Positions 30,048 to 40,215 of a stretch of DNA of 64,000 nt are shown here, one piece after another. The stretch lies in NCBI GenBank assembly GCA_016712345.1, contig JADJRH010000002.1, positions 264,466 to 328,465 of the forward strand, given 5' to 3'. Under the pieces are notes generated by a model. It saw only the letters and a program-made list of their open reading frames with translations. It was not told the DNA's origin and searched no databases. Each line of letters opens with the position of its first letter. The stretch's first letter is position 1. This DNA is from Polyangiaceae bacterium (GTDB lineage Bacteria; Myxococcota_A; Polyangia; Polyangiales; Polyangiaceae). A program made the translations under genes and the position numbers.

Positions 30048-31409
30048 TCATCTGTCGCGGGCCACAAAAGTACCGCGGGGAGATTGCGCCAACCCAGTGT
30101 CTCGATGGTAGGCGAGTGACCCACGCACCCAGGTTTGATGCACCACCCCCTTGAACGATCGGCCCGAGTATGGGGTTACCTTGTGACGGTGCCGAACAGA
30201 AGTGGACTCAACGGTGAAACTCGCCGCGTCGTCCCAGACTACCAGATCGGCATCATACCCCTTTGCAATACGGCCTTTTCGGTGTGAAAGACCGGCCAGC
30301 CGGGCGGGAGCCAACGCGTTCCACTCAAACATTGTAGAAAGCGCAATTCCGCGAGAAGCGGCATGGGTCCACAAAACCGACAGACCAAATTGGAGCCCTG
30401 CAATGCCTCCCCACGCACCCATAAAATCACCGGTGTCAGGTTTTTTGAGAACCGGCGTGCATGGTGAATGATCCGAAACAACCATTGCAATTGCCTTGTT
30501 TTCAAGGCCTTTCCACAAGAGTTCTCGATTTTGTTGATCGCGAATCGGCGGAGCACATTTGTATTCGGTTCTACCCGGCGGCACCTCTTCCGATGAAAAG
30601 GTAAGGTAGTGCAAACACGTTTCTACGGTGATGGGTACACCCTGCGCGTGTGCCGCCGTGATCATTGGAATGGCGGACGCGCTCGACAGGTGAACAATGT
30701 GCGCCGGGCAATGGTGTTTTGCGCAGAGGTCAATCACCATCGCAATGGCTTCATCTTCGGCTGCCGGCGGGCGCGATCGAAGATAGGTAGAATAGTCGGC
30801 GGGATTTGCCTTTTCCAATTCAAGCGCCTTTTCAGCGGCTTCAAGCGGGCCCGGGTTTTCTGCGTGCACCAGTAAGGTCAACCCCAAGTCGCGGAGCACC
30901 GGCATGGCAAGATCCAAGTCGGCCCGACTCACGTGTGGAAACTCATCCACCCCGGAAGGGCACAAGAAACACTTGGCGCCGGGTACTCCAAATTCAGCAA
31001 GACCCGCCAGTTCTCGGGTGTTGCCAGGTATGACCCCTCCCCAAAACGCCACGTCTACCGACAGTTGATCGCGGAGACTCTCAAGCTTTTCTTCCGCCGC
31101 GCTCCGCGAAGTGGTTGCGGGAATGCAGTTGAGCGGCATGTCCACAACGGTGGTGATCCCACCCGCCGCCGCGGCCTCCGTTGCTGTCTTAAAACCTTCC
31201 CACTCTGTCCGTCCCGGTTCGTTGATGTGCACATGGCTATCCACCACGCCGGGAGTGAGAAGGAGGTCACCAACGTCCACAAGTTGAGCCGGATTTCCAG
31301 GCGTCTCGTGCGAAGTGATGTCGGTGATCTTCCCATCTTGCACGTGTACACATGCTGGGCTGAGACCACCTTCAAGCAACACGCGCCGGCTTCGAAACAC
31401 CGTCATCAT
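30048..31409 (-). CDS. allB: allantoinase (cyclic amidohydrolase superfamily)
   Basis: [17 protein letters not shown] (metal-binding HxH), VVDMPLN, carbamylated-Lys region [12 protein letters not shown] and VVSDHSPC. Length about 450 aa. Confidence 0.75.
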   Translation of the reverse strand: MMTVFRSRRVLLEGGLSPACVHVQDGKITDITSHETPGNPAQLVDVGDLLLTPGVVDSHVHINEPGRTEWEGFKTATEAAAAGGITTVVDMPLNCIPATTSRSAAEEKLESLRDQLSVDVAFWGGVIPGNTRELAGLAEFGVPGAKCFLCPSGVDEFPHVSRADLDLAMPVLRDLGLTLLVHAENPGPLEAAEKALELEKANPADYSTYLRSRPPAAEDEAIAMVIDLCAKHHCPAHIVHLSSASAIPMITAAHAQGVPITVETCLHYLTFSSEEVPPGRTEYKCAPPIRDQQNRELLWKGLENKAIAMVVSDHSPCTPVLKKPDTGDFMGAWGGIAGLQFGLSVLWTHAASRGIALSTMFEWNALAPARLAGLSHRKGRIAKGYDADLVVWDDAASFTVESTSVRHRHKVTPYSGRSFKGVVHQTWVRGSLAYHRDTGLAQSPRGTFVARDR

Positions 31410-31410
31410 G

Positions 31411-33024
31411 TCAGGGCTCTTTCCCAAAGTCGCGGATTATTTTTACAAGTTCTTTAATGACTTCAGGCTTCTTTGTCAGATCGGGGTTGCCGGGCATAAT
31501 GGTTGACTTACCCACCGCCTGACCACCTTCTAAAATGGCCTTTGAAATACCTTCATCGGTGGCAGTCTGTTGCCACCCGGCATCGTGGTAGTTGCGCGGT
31601 TTGGGGTTAAGCGACGAAGACGAGGGCCCGTTTCCGCGGCCTTCCGGCCCATGGCAAGGCGTGCAACGTTCGGAAAAAATGGCTTTTGCCTCTTCCGCCG
31701 GACTTGCGTATTGAACGGTCTTCACAGGTTCAACCGGAATGTCCACCGGCCCCGGGGCTGTCAGGTCGGCGCCCTGAGCAATCCATGCACCCAGGAGCTT
31801 GCGCTCCACGTCGGTAATGAATGTCATGTTGCCGAGCGGCATGGTTTTGGTTTCCACGGAGCGCACGAAAATCCGCGGAGCATAGGCCGCAATGCGTTCA
31901 GGTGTGTCAAGCATCACTCCCGACGGAGCCGCCGCGAACGAGGGATTGGTAGGTTTTTCTGAATGGCAGGTGACGCACCGGGTTTGAACAATTGTTTGGG
32001 CCGTAGCAAACGATACTTTGGGCCCTTCAGCGTACGCTTTATCAATTGCCAGCGCCTTGGGAGCCGTCATAAACACCACGGCTCCAAATGCCGCGAGCGT
32101 GCCCACCACCACCACCGGGTGGGTTTTGAGCCGAAAATTCATGATGTATTTGGCACCGACGCCGGCCACAAATATCAGCCCCAAAATCGCCCATGGGTAG
32201 GAATGGCCGTACAAACCTGGAAAGTGGTTTGACAGCATGGTGAACAAAACCGGCAATGTGACGTAGTGATTGTGAGTAGAGCGTTGTTTGGCTCGCGCGC
32301 CGTACGATGTGTCTACCGGGCGCCCCTCTTTGGTTGCCGCGAGCATGTGCTTTTGCGCTGGAATAATGCGAAAAAACACGTTGGAAGCCATGACCGTTCC
32401 AAGCATGGCACCCACTTGTAAAAAGGCCGCCCGTGGGGTGAAGAGCTGCATAATGCCGTAGGCGGCGCCCACTACAAGGCCAAAGCCCACAACACCGAAG
32501 ACCCGATTGTCTTTTACAAGTGGAGTTCGACAGAGCAGGTCATAAAGAACAACGGTCCCCACAAGCAGTCCCAAACTGATGTGCACTGCGGCCAAGTGTG
32601 AAAGACCCGACGACGTGTCGAGCAACATGGCTTTTCCGCCCAGATAATAAACAATAATGAGCAGGAGAAAGCCAGTGATCCACGTTGTATACGATTCCCA
32701 CTTAAACCAATGCAGTTTTTCGGGGAGCGCATCCAAACTCTTCCGCTTCACCACCTCGTAGAAGCCGCCGCTGTGAGCCATCCACAACTCGCCGACCACA
32801 TCCCCTTTAAGTTCTCGGTCGGGCTTTTTGAGTTGGCTGTCGAGCCACATAAAAAGGAACGAATCACCAATCCACATGATCGCTGCGATCACATGGGCCC
32901 AACGCACGACGAGGTTTAGCCACTCTTGAGCTTGGGGGCTCATTATCCCTGAATAGTTCCAGCCCGGATTATTCTCAAGGATTCCGGCAAAGAGTTTCTG
33001 CGGGAGCGCTCGTCGGGGCTCCAT
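31411..33024 (-). CDS. puuD: urate hydroxylase PuuD-like membrane protein fused to di-haem cytochrome c
   Basis: N-terminal EWLNLVVRWAHVIAAIMWIGDSFLFMWLD plus multiple TM helices (DUF989/PuuD-like). C-terminal CVTCH and CTPCHG haem-binding motifs. The true start is likely MSPQAQEW (32943). Confidence 0.6.
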   Translation of the reverse strand: MEPRRALPQKLFAGILENNPGWNYSGIMSPQAQEWLNLVVRWAHVIAAIMWIGDSFLFMWLDSQLKKPDRELKGDVVGELWMAHSGGFYEVVKRKSLDALPEKLHWFKWESYTTWITGFLLLIIVYYLGGKAMLLDTSSGLSHLAAVHISLGLLVGTVVLYDLLCRTPLVKDNRVFGVVGFGLVVGAAYGIMQLFTPRAAFLQVGAMLGTVMASNVFFRIIPAQKHMLAATKEGRPVDTSYGARAKQRSTHNHYVTLPVLFTMLSNHFPGLYGHSYPWAILGLIFVAGVGAKYIMNFRLKTHPVVVVGTLAAFGAVVFMTAPKALAIDKAYAEGPKVSFATAQTIVQTRCVTCHSEKPTNPSFAAAPSGVMLDTPERIAAYAPRIFVRSVETKTMPLGNMTFITDVERKLLGAWIAQGADLTAPGPVDIPVEPVKTVQYASPAEEAKAIFSERCTPCHGPEGRGNGPSSSSLNPKPRNYHDAGWQQTATDEGISKAILEGGQAVGKSTIMPGNPDLTKKPEVIKELVKIIRDFGKEP

Positions 33025-33122
33025 TCACGAGAGGGCAGCCCAAAAAAAACTTGTCAGGTTCGGAGTCACGTTGTGGATGTCCATCGCAGCGAAAGAAACA
33101 AAAACTCCGTGGGCGCCCCGGC

Positions 33123-33992
33123 TTATTCAACGCACAGATCGTGGCACGACGTTTCGGCCTGCGAGCTGGTTTCACCGCGCGAAGAATCCGGTTGTGTACT
33201 CATTGACAAATGTACACCTGCTACAAGCGCAACCCCCACAAGCAAGCTCGATGTTGCGAGAGTCCACCCCACGCGTTTGAGTGAACGAGGTGAGGGCGGG
33301 GCGATCGCGAACCATGACGCCACGAGAATCATGGGTGCGGCAGCCAGCGCACACGCCCAGGGAAGCAGTTGAGTGCCCATCACACCGGCCACAAATGCCG
33401 CGGATAAAGCGGGGGCCGCAGTGCGCTTTGTCCACGGAACAGGCGACTTGGCGTGAGCGATCACCGCGCGCACGACGAGTGTTGAAACGACAAATGCGAG
33501 CGTCCACGCTCCCCACGCTCCGAGCGCCCACGGCGTAGAAACACCTTCGCTCAGGGCAATGGGTACACCTACGCCGGCGAGCGCTCCGGCGGCCAACACT
33601 TCACCAAAGGCTGTTTTTTCGCGCCCGAGCGCGCCGAGCCACCCCACGAGGAGGGCGGTTGGGAGGAGGGCGATTGCGGCGATGAGCGCGCCGACAGGCG
33701 CGCTCATCGCCGCAATCAGCCCGCTCCCAACCGCCAATGCACCGAGGATCGCGAGGCGGCGGCGAGCGCGCGCGCCGCATTCGCGGCGCGCGCGCTCGCC
33801 CCGCCTCCCCCACACCACAAGCGCCGGCTCGTGCGCGAAAAACAGCGAAACGGCGCTCACCGCAAACCCAACGGATGCGAGGTTGGGCTTTCCCATTGCA
33901 AGGGCTGTTGCGAGGGGAACGAAGAGCTGACCGTACGCGCCGTGTTCACGCGGGGCGAGGGATCGAGGGTCGCGATCGACTGTGGGGCGCAT
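33123..33992 (-). CDS. YwiC-like polytopic membrane protein
   Basis: N-terminal PREHGAYGQLFVPL and 7 or more hydrophobic helices. Confidence 0.4.
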   Translation of the reverse strand: MRPTVDRDPRSLAPREHGAYGQLFVPLATALAMGKPNLASVGFAVSAVSLFFAHEPALVVWGRRGERARRECGARARRRLAILGALAVGSGLIAAMSAPVGALIAAIALLPTALLVGWLGALGREKTAFGEVLAAGALAGVGVPIALSEGVSTPWALGAWGAWTLAFVVSTLVVRAVIAHAKSPVPWTKRTAAPALSAAFVAGVMGTQLLPWACALAAAPMILVASWFAIAPPSPRSLKRVGWTLATSSLLVGVALVAGVHLSMSTQPDSSRGETSSQAETSCHDLCVE

Positions 33993-34271
33993 GTTTGCGA
34001 AAGCTCCAATTGCACTCCCCGTACCGAACTCGACGGCTCTTGATTAGTGTGTACACATGCGCCCCCCATGCGGCGTTTGACGCCGCATTTGGGGGGCGAG
34101 GCGCGCAGAATGCGCGCCGCAGGGGGGCATTGTTCGCAGAAGTGAGAATGGGAGGGGAACGCGGTGGTGAAAGTTGTGCAGCCGGTCTGCGCGATTTGCA
34201 CGCTTCGCGCGTTTGATCGTTCGGTGAGTTGACCTTTTGGCGTGGTGCCGATCTTGCGACGTGGGTGCGCC

Positions 34272-35453
34272 ATGAACGAGCGTCGAACCCCCGCTGTCGA
34301 TTGGCGCGGTGAACCATTTCGCTTGTTTTTCCCGCTCGCAACGGTGCTCGGCGCCATGGGCGTTGCTCATTGGATGCTTTACGGAACAGGTGTGCTTCCA
34401 AGCTATTTGGCGAGCTTTCATGCGGTCACGCAGATGCAGAGCTTTTTGCTCGCGTTTGCCGCCGGTTTTTTGCTGACAGCCGTTCCCAAGCGAACACGCA
34501 CCGAGCCGGCGGGCGGCGTTTTCCTCGGTGTACTCATGCTGGCGATCGCGGGTGTTTCGGCGCTTGAACTCGCCGGATTTTCAAACGCGGCGCAACTTGT
34601 GTACGCATTGTCGATCGTGCTGATTGCGCAGTTTGCTGTACGTCGGTTTGTTTCGCGCGCCGCCGGGCGAAAGCCGCCTGCATCGTTTGTTCTAGTTCCG
34701 ATGGGGCTTCTTTCTGGCCTGATCGGCGCTGTGCTTCGTGTGCTTTCTGCAATGGAGTTCGTCCCGAGTTGGCTCGGCGCATTGGGTAGAACGTTGGCGC
34801 TTGAAGGCGTGTTTACGTGCCTCTCGCTCGGGATCGGCGGGTTCTTTTTTGGGCTGGCGCTGCATGGTGATCCGCCGCCCGATATTGACAAGAAGCCCGG
34901 TGAAACCAAGAAAGCGGCGATCTTAGCGGTGGCCGGACTGATCGTGATCGCAAGTTTGGTGTTGCAAGAAAAAGGATGGGTTCGTGAGGCCCTTTTGTTG
35001 CGAGCGGCCGTGTGTACATCGGTGCTTGTGAGCGCGCGCGGGCTCAAACAACCGGCGCGTCCGGGGGTGAATCGGCGCACTGTGTGGCTTGCCGCGTGGG
35101 CAATTCCGCTCGGGTTAACGCTGTCTGCGGTGTTCGTGAATGATCGCGTGGCGTGGATGCACGTTGCGTACATCGGCGGGTTTGGGTTGCTCGCGTTTGC
35201 GGTGGCGGCGCACGTAACGCTCGGTCACGGCGGTGATGAAGCGCATCGCGATGGGCGGCCTTGGCAGGTGATCGCGTTTGGCGCGTTGTTCACCACGGCC
35301 ATGGTGTTGCGTACACTTCTCGGTCGCCTGCCTGATTTGTACTTTGGGTGGATGGCGGCGACAGCGGGTGTTTGGCTTTTGGGAGCCATTGTGTGGGCTG
35401 TGTTTTTGGTGCCTCGCATGTGGCGCGCACCGGTGGGCGAAGCCGCCGCTTAG
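34272..35453 (+). CDS. nnrS: NnrS family haem-copper membrane protein
   Basis: WRGEPFRLFFPLA...HAVTQMQSFLLAFAAGFLLTAVPKRT and about 12 TM helices fit NnrS. Confidence 0.55.
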   Translation: MNERRTPAVDWRGEPFRLFFPLATVLGAMGVAHWMLYGTGVLPSYLASFHAVTQMQSFLLAFAAGFLLTAVPKRTRTEPAGGVFLGVLMLAIAGVSALELAGFSNAAQLVYALSIVLIAQFAVRRFVSRAAGRKPPASFVLVPMGLLSGLIGAVLRVLSAMEFVPSWLGALGRTLALEGVFTCLSLGIGGFFFGLALHGDPPPDIDKKPGETKKAAILAVAGLIVIASLVLQEKGWVREALLLRAAVCTSVLVSARGLKQPARPGVNRRTVWLAAWAIPLGLTLSAVFVNDRVAWMHVAYIGGFGLLAFAVAAHVTLGHGGDEAHRDGRPWQVIAFGALFTTAMVLRTLLGRLPDLYFGWMAATAGVWLLGAIVWAVFLVPRMWRAPVGEAAA

Positions 35454-35551
35454 TACCCGAGCGACCTCTGAAACGTCACGCCAAGACCTGAATACGACGT
35501 GTCAGGTGGCAGGGCATTTCAGGTCGTCGCGGGGCGCGGGCGTGTGTTACG

Positions 35552-37336
35552 TCATTGTGTACACACGTCGTCGGAGATGTCTTTTTTGCGGTCAAAGCCG
35601 GGGCCTTTGCCGCTTTTGCCTTTGGGTTTGTACTTAAAGGTTTTGATTTCTTCGCCGCGCTGCACAGAAACAATCACGTCGTCGTTGGGTGATCGCGCGC
35701 CGACGGACATGGAAGAGATGGAGTCGCCTTCAACGAGGCCCGCTTTTTCCGCCGGCCCGCCTTTCACCAAACCCTTCACTTTGCGGGGTTTCAACGCATT
35801 TGAAGCTTCTTCGTCAAACCCAATGTCAAACCCTTCGTACGTTCGACTGACACGTTTGAAACACGGTCCCATGGCGTTGTCAGGTAAACTGACGGGTTTG
35901 CCCAGCTCAATCGCGTCGCGAAACACCACTCGTTCGTTTTCTCCAAGCTGGCTCACAAGGAGGTCAATCCACGTGGATACGGGCAGTGCTTTTTTCTCCT
36001 GAGAGGCTTTTTGATACAGCTCAGCGAGCACGCTTTCGAGGGAGTTTTTCTTTTCTTTGCGATTGCGAAGAAGCGCGTCAACTCGAAGAGCGTAGAGCGC
36101 GCCGCGTGCGATGAGCGCTGGAAGAGCGCCGCGCGGCTTTTTTCCAAGTTCAGCGTTGGTGAGCGACGCCGCGGGTGACGTTGCCAAAATGGCTGCCAGA
36201 CCTTCCACGTCACTCGCAGCTTCCGCCGGTGAAATAAGCCCATATCGAAAGAGGAGATCGCGCGCGAAATGCCGAGCAACACCCTCTGTAAACCAATAAG
36301 CCTCGGCTTCGTGTTCGGGGTCGTCCGGGCCAATCCACAGGCGAGAACCAATCCAACCGTGAACAATCGACGTGGCGACGGCAACCCGAAGCGGGGCAGT
36401 CCAAGGCTCTTGAACTCCCACACGCGCAACAATGCTTCTCGGCCTGCGTGTCACCGAAAATGAGTTTGCGGGGCGTGAATCGGAGAGGAAAAGCAGCGTG
36501 AGCTTGTCGGTGTCCGCGCTTCGAAACGTTTGGCGCAGCGCCGTTCGAAGCCCTGCCATATCGGCAAACGCGGGCCGCGGATCAAACGCTGTGTACCCAA
36601 GCCATGCCGCGTCGTCGTTGCCTTCAGGGGCTCGAAACGATGCGCGACCCATGAGGCCCGCCATGTAAAAACCGAGTTGCAGATCGGAGCCTCGAACCGA
36701 CGCTTCCACCTTGGATCCATGGCCGAAACTCGACGCGGCGCCCACAAATTCGGCGGTGCCAACATCGTCCGTTTCAATTCGAACAACAGCTCGCAGATTT
36801 TTTTCGGCGAAGGGCACAGGCACCAAAATCATTGCTTGGCCCGCGCCTTCAAATCGATCTGGATCCACTGCGATCAAAGGGGGATTTGGAAACGCAGGCA
36901 GGTCTGCTTTCACGTCGTAGGTCATGCGGAGCACGCCGTCGGTGGGCCGCTCCAATGTGACCGTGGTGCCATTTGAAGTGGTCGAGACACTCAGCGCAAC
37001 GTTGCCTCGCGCATCTGTTGCTGTTGGATTTGCAGCCAATTGCAAGGCTGTTTTGGCAACCCACGTGGTGAGTGGAACATCGTCGGGCCGAACTGTAACG
37101 GTGACGTGCACCACGGGCGCGGGCTGCGATTCAGGCGCGAGCGACACCTCAATGTCCACGTTGTCGGAAAGCACGCGCGCTTGTGTACTCATCGGCGCGG
37201 CGGAACCCGAAGCGACCGGCGACGCGCTCGAAGCAGGCTGTGTACTCGTTGGGTTTTCGGCGCTCGGCGGCGGCCCACATGCGACTGAAATAGCCGACAA
37301 AACAAGGTACAATGCGCCCCTTTTGATGTGTACCAT
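35552..37336 (-). CDS. PDZ-domain lipoprotein (putative M61-like peptidase)
   Basis: Lipobox LSAISVACG. C-terminal PDZ-like LVKGGPAEKAGLVEGDSISSM. Central HEAEAYWFTEGVARHF region. Overall layout resembles M61/PDZ proteins but there is no canonical HExxH. Confidence 0.4.
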   Translation of the reverse strand: MVHIKRGALYLVLSAISVACGPPPSAENPTSTQPASSASPVASGSAAPMSTQARVLSDNVDIEVSLAPESQPAPVVHVTVTVRPDDVPLTTWVAKTALQLAANPTATDARGNVALSVSTTSNGTTVTLERPTDGVLRMTYDVKADLPAFPNPPLIAVDPDRFEGAGQAMILVPVPFAEKNLRAVVRIETDDVGTAEFVGAASSFGHGSKVEASVRGSDLQLGFYMAGLMGRASFRAPEGNDDAAWLGYTAFDPRPAFADMAGLRTALRQTFRSADTDKLTLLFLSDSRPANSFSVTRRPRSIVARVGVQEPWTAPLRVAVATSIVHGWIGSRLWIGPDDPEHEAEAYWFTEGVARHFARDLLFRYGLISPAEAASDVEGLAAILATSPAASLTNAELGKKPRGALPALIARGALYALRVDALLRNRKEKKNSLESVLAELYQKASQEKKALPVSTWIDLLVSQLGENERVVFRDAIELGKPVSLPDNAMGPCFKRVSRTYEGFDIGFDEEASNALKPRKVKGLVKGGPAEKAGLVEGDSISSMSVGARSPNDDVIVSVQRGEEIKTFKYKPKGKSGKGPGFDRKKDISDDVCTQ

Positions 37337-37346
37337 TGGCCCCACT

Positions 37347-38141
37347 TTAAATTGAAATTTCGGCCATTACGCCGAAGTGGTCGGAGGCGAAAACGCCGTT
37401 GTCCGGGATGTCAAACACCACGCGCGAGGTGAGCGGTTTCCCACGCGCTTTTGTGTCGGGCCCTCGCACAAGAATGTAGTCAATGCGTCGCGGGTGCTCG
37501 TGGTACTGCTCGGCAAAAAGGTTGCGCGTGCCGTCGAAAGTGACGCCCGGTCCGTAACCCGCTTGTTCAAAACAGTCCGCAAAATAAGTGCTTTTTTGAC
37601 CGAGTGATTGCAGCCCTTTCAAGAACCGAATCTCGGATGCTTCAGGCTGCGCGTTGAGGTCGCCTACCAAAATGGGGGGCAACCCTTCCACTGGGGCGTG
37701 CGCTTTCACCACCGCGGCGACCTCTTGAACCTGTTCTTCGCGCACCACACTTTCGTGAAGTTTCCAATTGAGGTGCGTCACGAAGAACGGCAGTTTGCCG
37801 AACGGCGAGTCGATCTCGGTAAAAAGGATCGATCGATGTTCGTCTGTGCCGCCGTTGGGGAGGCGGAATACACGCTCTGAAACAACGGGCCATCGCGACA
37901 GAACGGCATTGCCCATTGTCACTCCGCCCCCGTAGGAAGTGGCCATTCCATACGCAGTTTCGTACCCAAGACCGTCGGCGATCATTTTGGCCTGCGTTGA
38001 ATCGGGAAGTTCTATCACCTCTTGAAGTCCAACAATGTCGGGCGAAAGTTCTTGGATGCCTTTGCGAATGACCGCCAAACGCTCCTCCCAAGGCCCGAGG
38101 CGGTTCCAGATATTGAGCGTCACGATTCGAACGCGATTCAT
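37347..38141 (-). CDS. endonuclease/exonuclease/phosphatase (EEP) family protein
   Basis: MNRVRIVTLNIW...PDIVGLQEV...GDLNAQPE...SDHFGV: the N-terminal Asn/Glu, central D and C-terminal SDH catalytic motifs. Confidence 0.75.
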   Translation of the reverse strand: MNRVRIVTLNIWNRLGPWEERLAVIRKGIQELSPDIVGLQEVIELPDSTQAKMIADGLGYETAYGMATSYGGGVTMGNAVLSRWPVVSERVFRLPNGGTDEHRSILFTEIDSPFGKLPFFVTHLNWKLHESVVREEQVQEVAAVVKAHAPVEGLPPILVGDLNAQPEASEIRFLKGLQSLGQKSTYFADCFEQAGYGPGVTFDGTRNLFAEQYHEHPRRIDYILVRGPDTKARGKPLTSRVVFDIPDNGVFASDHFGVMAEISI

Positions 38142-38258
38142 CGTTTTGTCGTAGCCGCACAGAGTGCGCGCGTGAAGGCTCCGCGATTTAGAGTCCAACG
38201 TTTTGGCATTTCGGTGTACGAAAGAAACATGACCGAACGCTCTCAACATCGATCGTCC

Positions 38259-38621
38259 ATGCTGTCTCGCACCGCCGCCGCCACCCTTTTGGGCGCGCTT
38301 TCGTTGGTTGGCTTTTTTGCCGGCTGCGGCAGCAAGATGGAAGAAAAAGAGTGCACCAAGCTCAAGATTGAAGCGTTTGACCTGCTCAACAAGGCGCAAC
38401 ACTGCAACACAGACGCCGACTGCAACGGGTCCGACTGGCCTGATTGTCAAAAGCCGCTCTCGTCTACCAACGGTGAAGAAATCAAGAAAAAGCGCGATGC
38501 TTATTTCACCGGCAAGTGTGAGGAGCAAAAACCCGCGTGCACCGACACAACACCCATTTATTGCAAACAGGGCCTATGTGTACGCAAAGAAAAAGGCTCC
38601 GATCCCGCCGGCGGCGGTTGA
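38259..38621 (+). CDS. small Cys-rich lipoprotein
   Basis: Lipobox LVGFFAGCGS. Ten Cys residues in about 100 mature residues (CTKL...CNTDADCNGSDWPDC...CEEQKPACTD...YCKQGLC). Confidence 0.45.
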   Translation: MLSRTAAATLLGALSLVGFFAGCGSKMEEKECTKLKIEAFDLLNKAQHCNTDADCNGSDWPDCQKPLSSTNGEEIKKKRDAYFTGKCEEQKPACTDTTPIYCKQGLCVRKEKGSDPAGGG

Positions 38622-38673
38622 TTCGTCAGGGGCGTCTCCCACCTCAAACGAGTAACGGCAGAGGGGTCTGAGC

Positions 38674-40161
38674 ATGCTTTGTCGCCGGATTGATACATTA
38701 CTATTTTCAGGTTTCACCGCAGCGGCGCTTATAGGTTGTGACGGCGGAGGGGATACAGCTCCACCCGTTTCCACTGCGCCGTGTGAAACGCCTCGTTTTG
38801 CCGAAGCGCGTGACAGCGTTCAATGTGGAAAGTTGGTTGACGCTGAAGGTCGAGTGATTTTTCTCCACGGTGTCAACGCGCGGGTAGAAGGCGTTTTTGA
38901 TGTCACCTTCGACGACGGCCGCACAGCGCTCGAACCCATTCCGGCTTTTGCAGATGAAGATGCCGCAAGGATGCGTGCGATCGGGTTTAACGCCCTCCGT
39001 CTACCCATCAACTGGAGCGGGCTTGAGCCTTCTGAAACCGGCGGTTTTAACGAATCTTACCTCGACAAGGTGGAGGCCGTTGTCAACTTGTGTGGCACAC
39101 ACGGCATTCGCACGCTTGTCGATTTTCACCAAGATGCGTACTCAAAAGAAATTGGTGAAGACGGCGCCCCGCTTTGGGCGATTATACCACCTCCCACTCA
39201 ACTGTTAGAAGGGCCGCTCACCGACCTCGCCGCACGCCGCGCTTCAAAACAGGTGCTTGACGCGTTTGCAACGTTTTTTACCCCCGAGAATGAAGATGGG
39301 AAGATGCTGCGCGATCGGTTTGCAAAGGCCGTTGCGCACGTGGCCGAGCGCTTCGCTCAAAACGCTTATGTGACCGGTATTGAAATTTATAATGAACCGG
39401 TTGCCACCGACGAAGATTCCCATGTTCTCCACGACGAAGTGATCACGTTCGTTCGCCCAGTGGATGAAGGCCGACTCTACTACTTTGAGCCAAGCGTTTT
39501 TCGAAACCTGAAGGACAAAGCCCCCACCGCAAAACGTGACCCTTGGCCCGGCACTGTGTACGCACCTCATGTGTACACCCTTTCGTTTGACGGGACGGAC
39601 CAAGAAAAAACCGAAATGACAAAAGAGACGCTGCGACCTTCCAACGAATCGGCGCGAAACGAAGCCGAGAGTTGGGAGGCCCCGCTCGTTGTGGGTGAAT
39701 TTGGGTATGACCCCAAGGGCATTCAGGCCGAAAATTACCTCGCGTGGCAGGTTCAACTTCAAGACGAGTACCAGGCGAGCGGCTTTTTATGGGTATGGAA
39801 GGAACAGAGTCAGGACAGTTGGGGTATGTATGACCACGACGATGCCACCGGGACTTGGACCGAGCGAGACGCGGTGCGAAAAGCGGTATCGCGCGTTGTG
39901 CCTGAAGCCGTGGCGGGTTGGCCAGAATCGTTTGGGTATGATCCTGAAACAAAACGCTTTGAAATGACCTTCACAGGCGATCCTACCCTGTCAGCTCCCC
40001 ATCTCATTTACGTTCCCGGTCCGGCCGACTTTGCTGAAAACGTTGAGGTCACTTGTGATGGGGAGGTTGTGGCCGCCGAACGTGACAGCGCAACGGGGCT
40101 CATTCAGGTATCGTGTGGGACAGACGGTGCCAAACATACCTTGGTGGTCGCCGCCAAATAA
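38674..40161 (+). CDS. glycoside hydrolase family 5 lipoprotein (endoglycoceramidase-like)
   Basis: Lipobox ALIGCDG. GH5 catalytic acid in IEIYNEP and nucleophile in VVGEFG. Also LRLPINW and VDFHQD. Confidence 0.7.
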   Translation: MLCRRIDTLLFSGFTAAALIGCDGGGDTAPPVSTAPCETPRFAEARDSVQCGKLVDAEGRVIFLHGVNARVEGVFDVTFDDGRTALEPIPAFADEDAARMRAIGFNALRLPINWSGLEPSETGGFNESYLDKVEAVVNLCGTHGIRTLVDFHQDAYSKEIGEDGAPLWAIIPPPTQLLEGPLTDLAARRASKQVLDAFATFFTPENEDGKMLRDRFAKAVAHVAERFAQNAYVTGIEIYNEPVATDEDSHVLHDEVITFVRPVDEGRLYYFEPSVFRNLKDKAPTAKRDPWPGTVYAPHVYTLSFDGTDQEKTEMTKETLRPSNESARNEAESWEAPLVVGEFGYDPKGIQAENYLAWQVQLQDEYQASGFLWVWKEQSQDSWGMYDHDDATGTWTERDAVRKAVSRVVPEAVAGWPESFGYDPETKRFEMTFTGDPTLSAPHLIYVPGPADFAENVEVTCDGEVVAAERDSATGLIQVSCGTDGAKHTLVVAAK

Positions 40162-40215
40162 ATGATTGTTGAGTGTGGCCGCCGGTAGTGTACTCTGCCT
40201 CCAAGTGGAGGCGCC

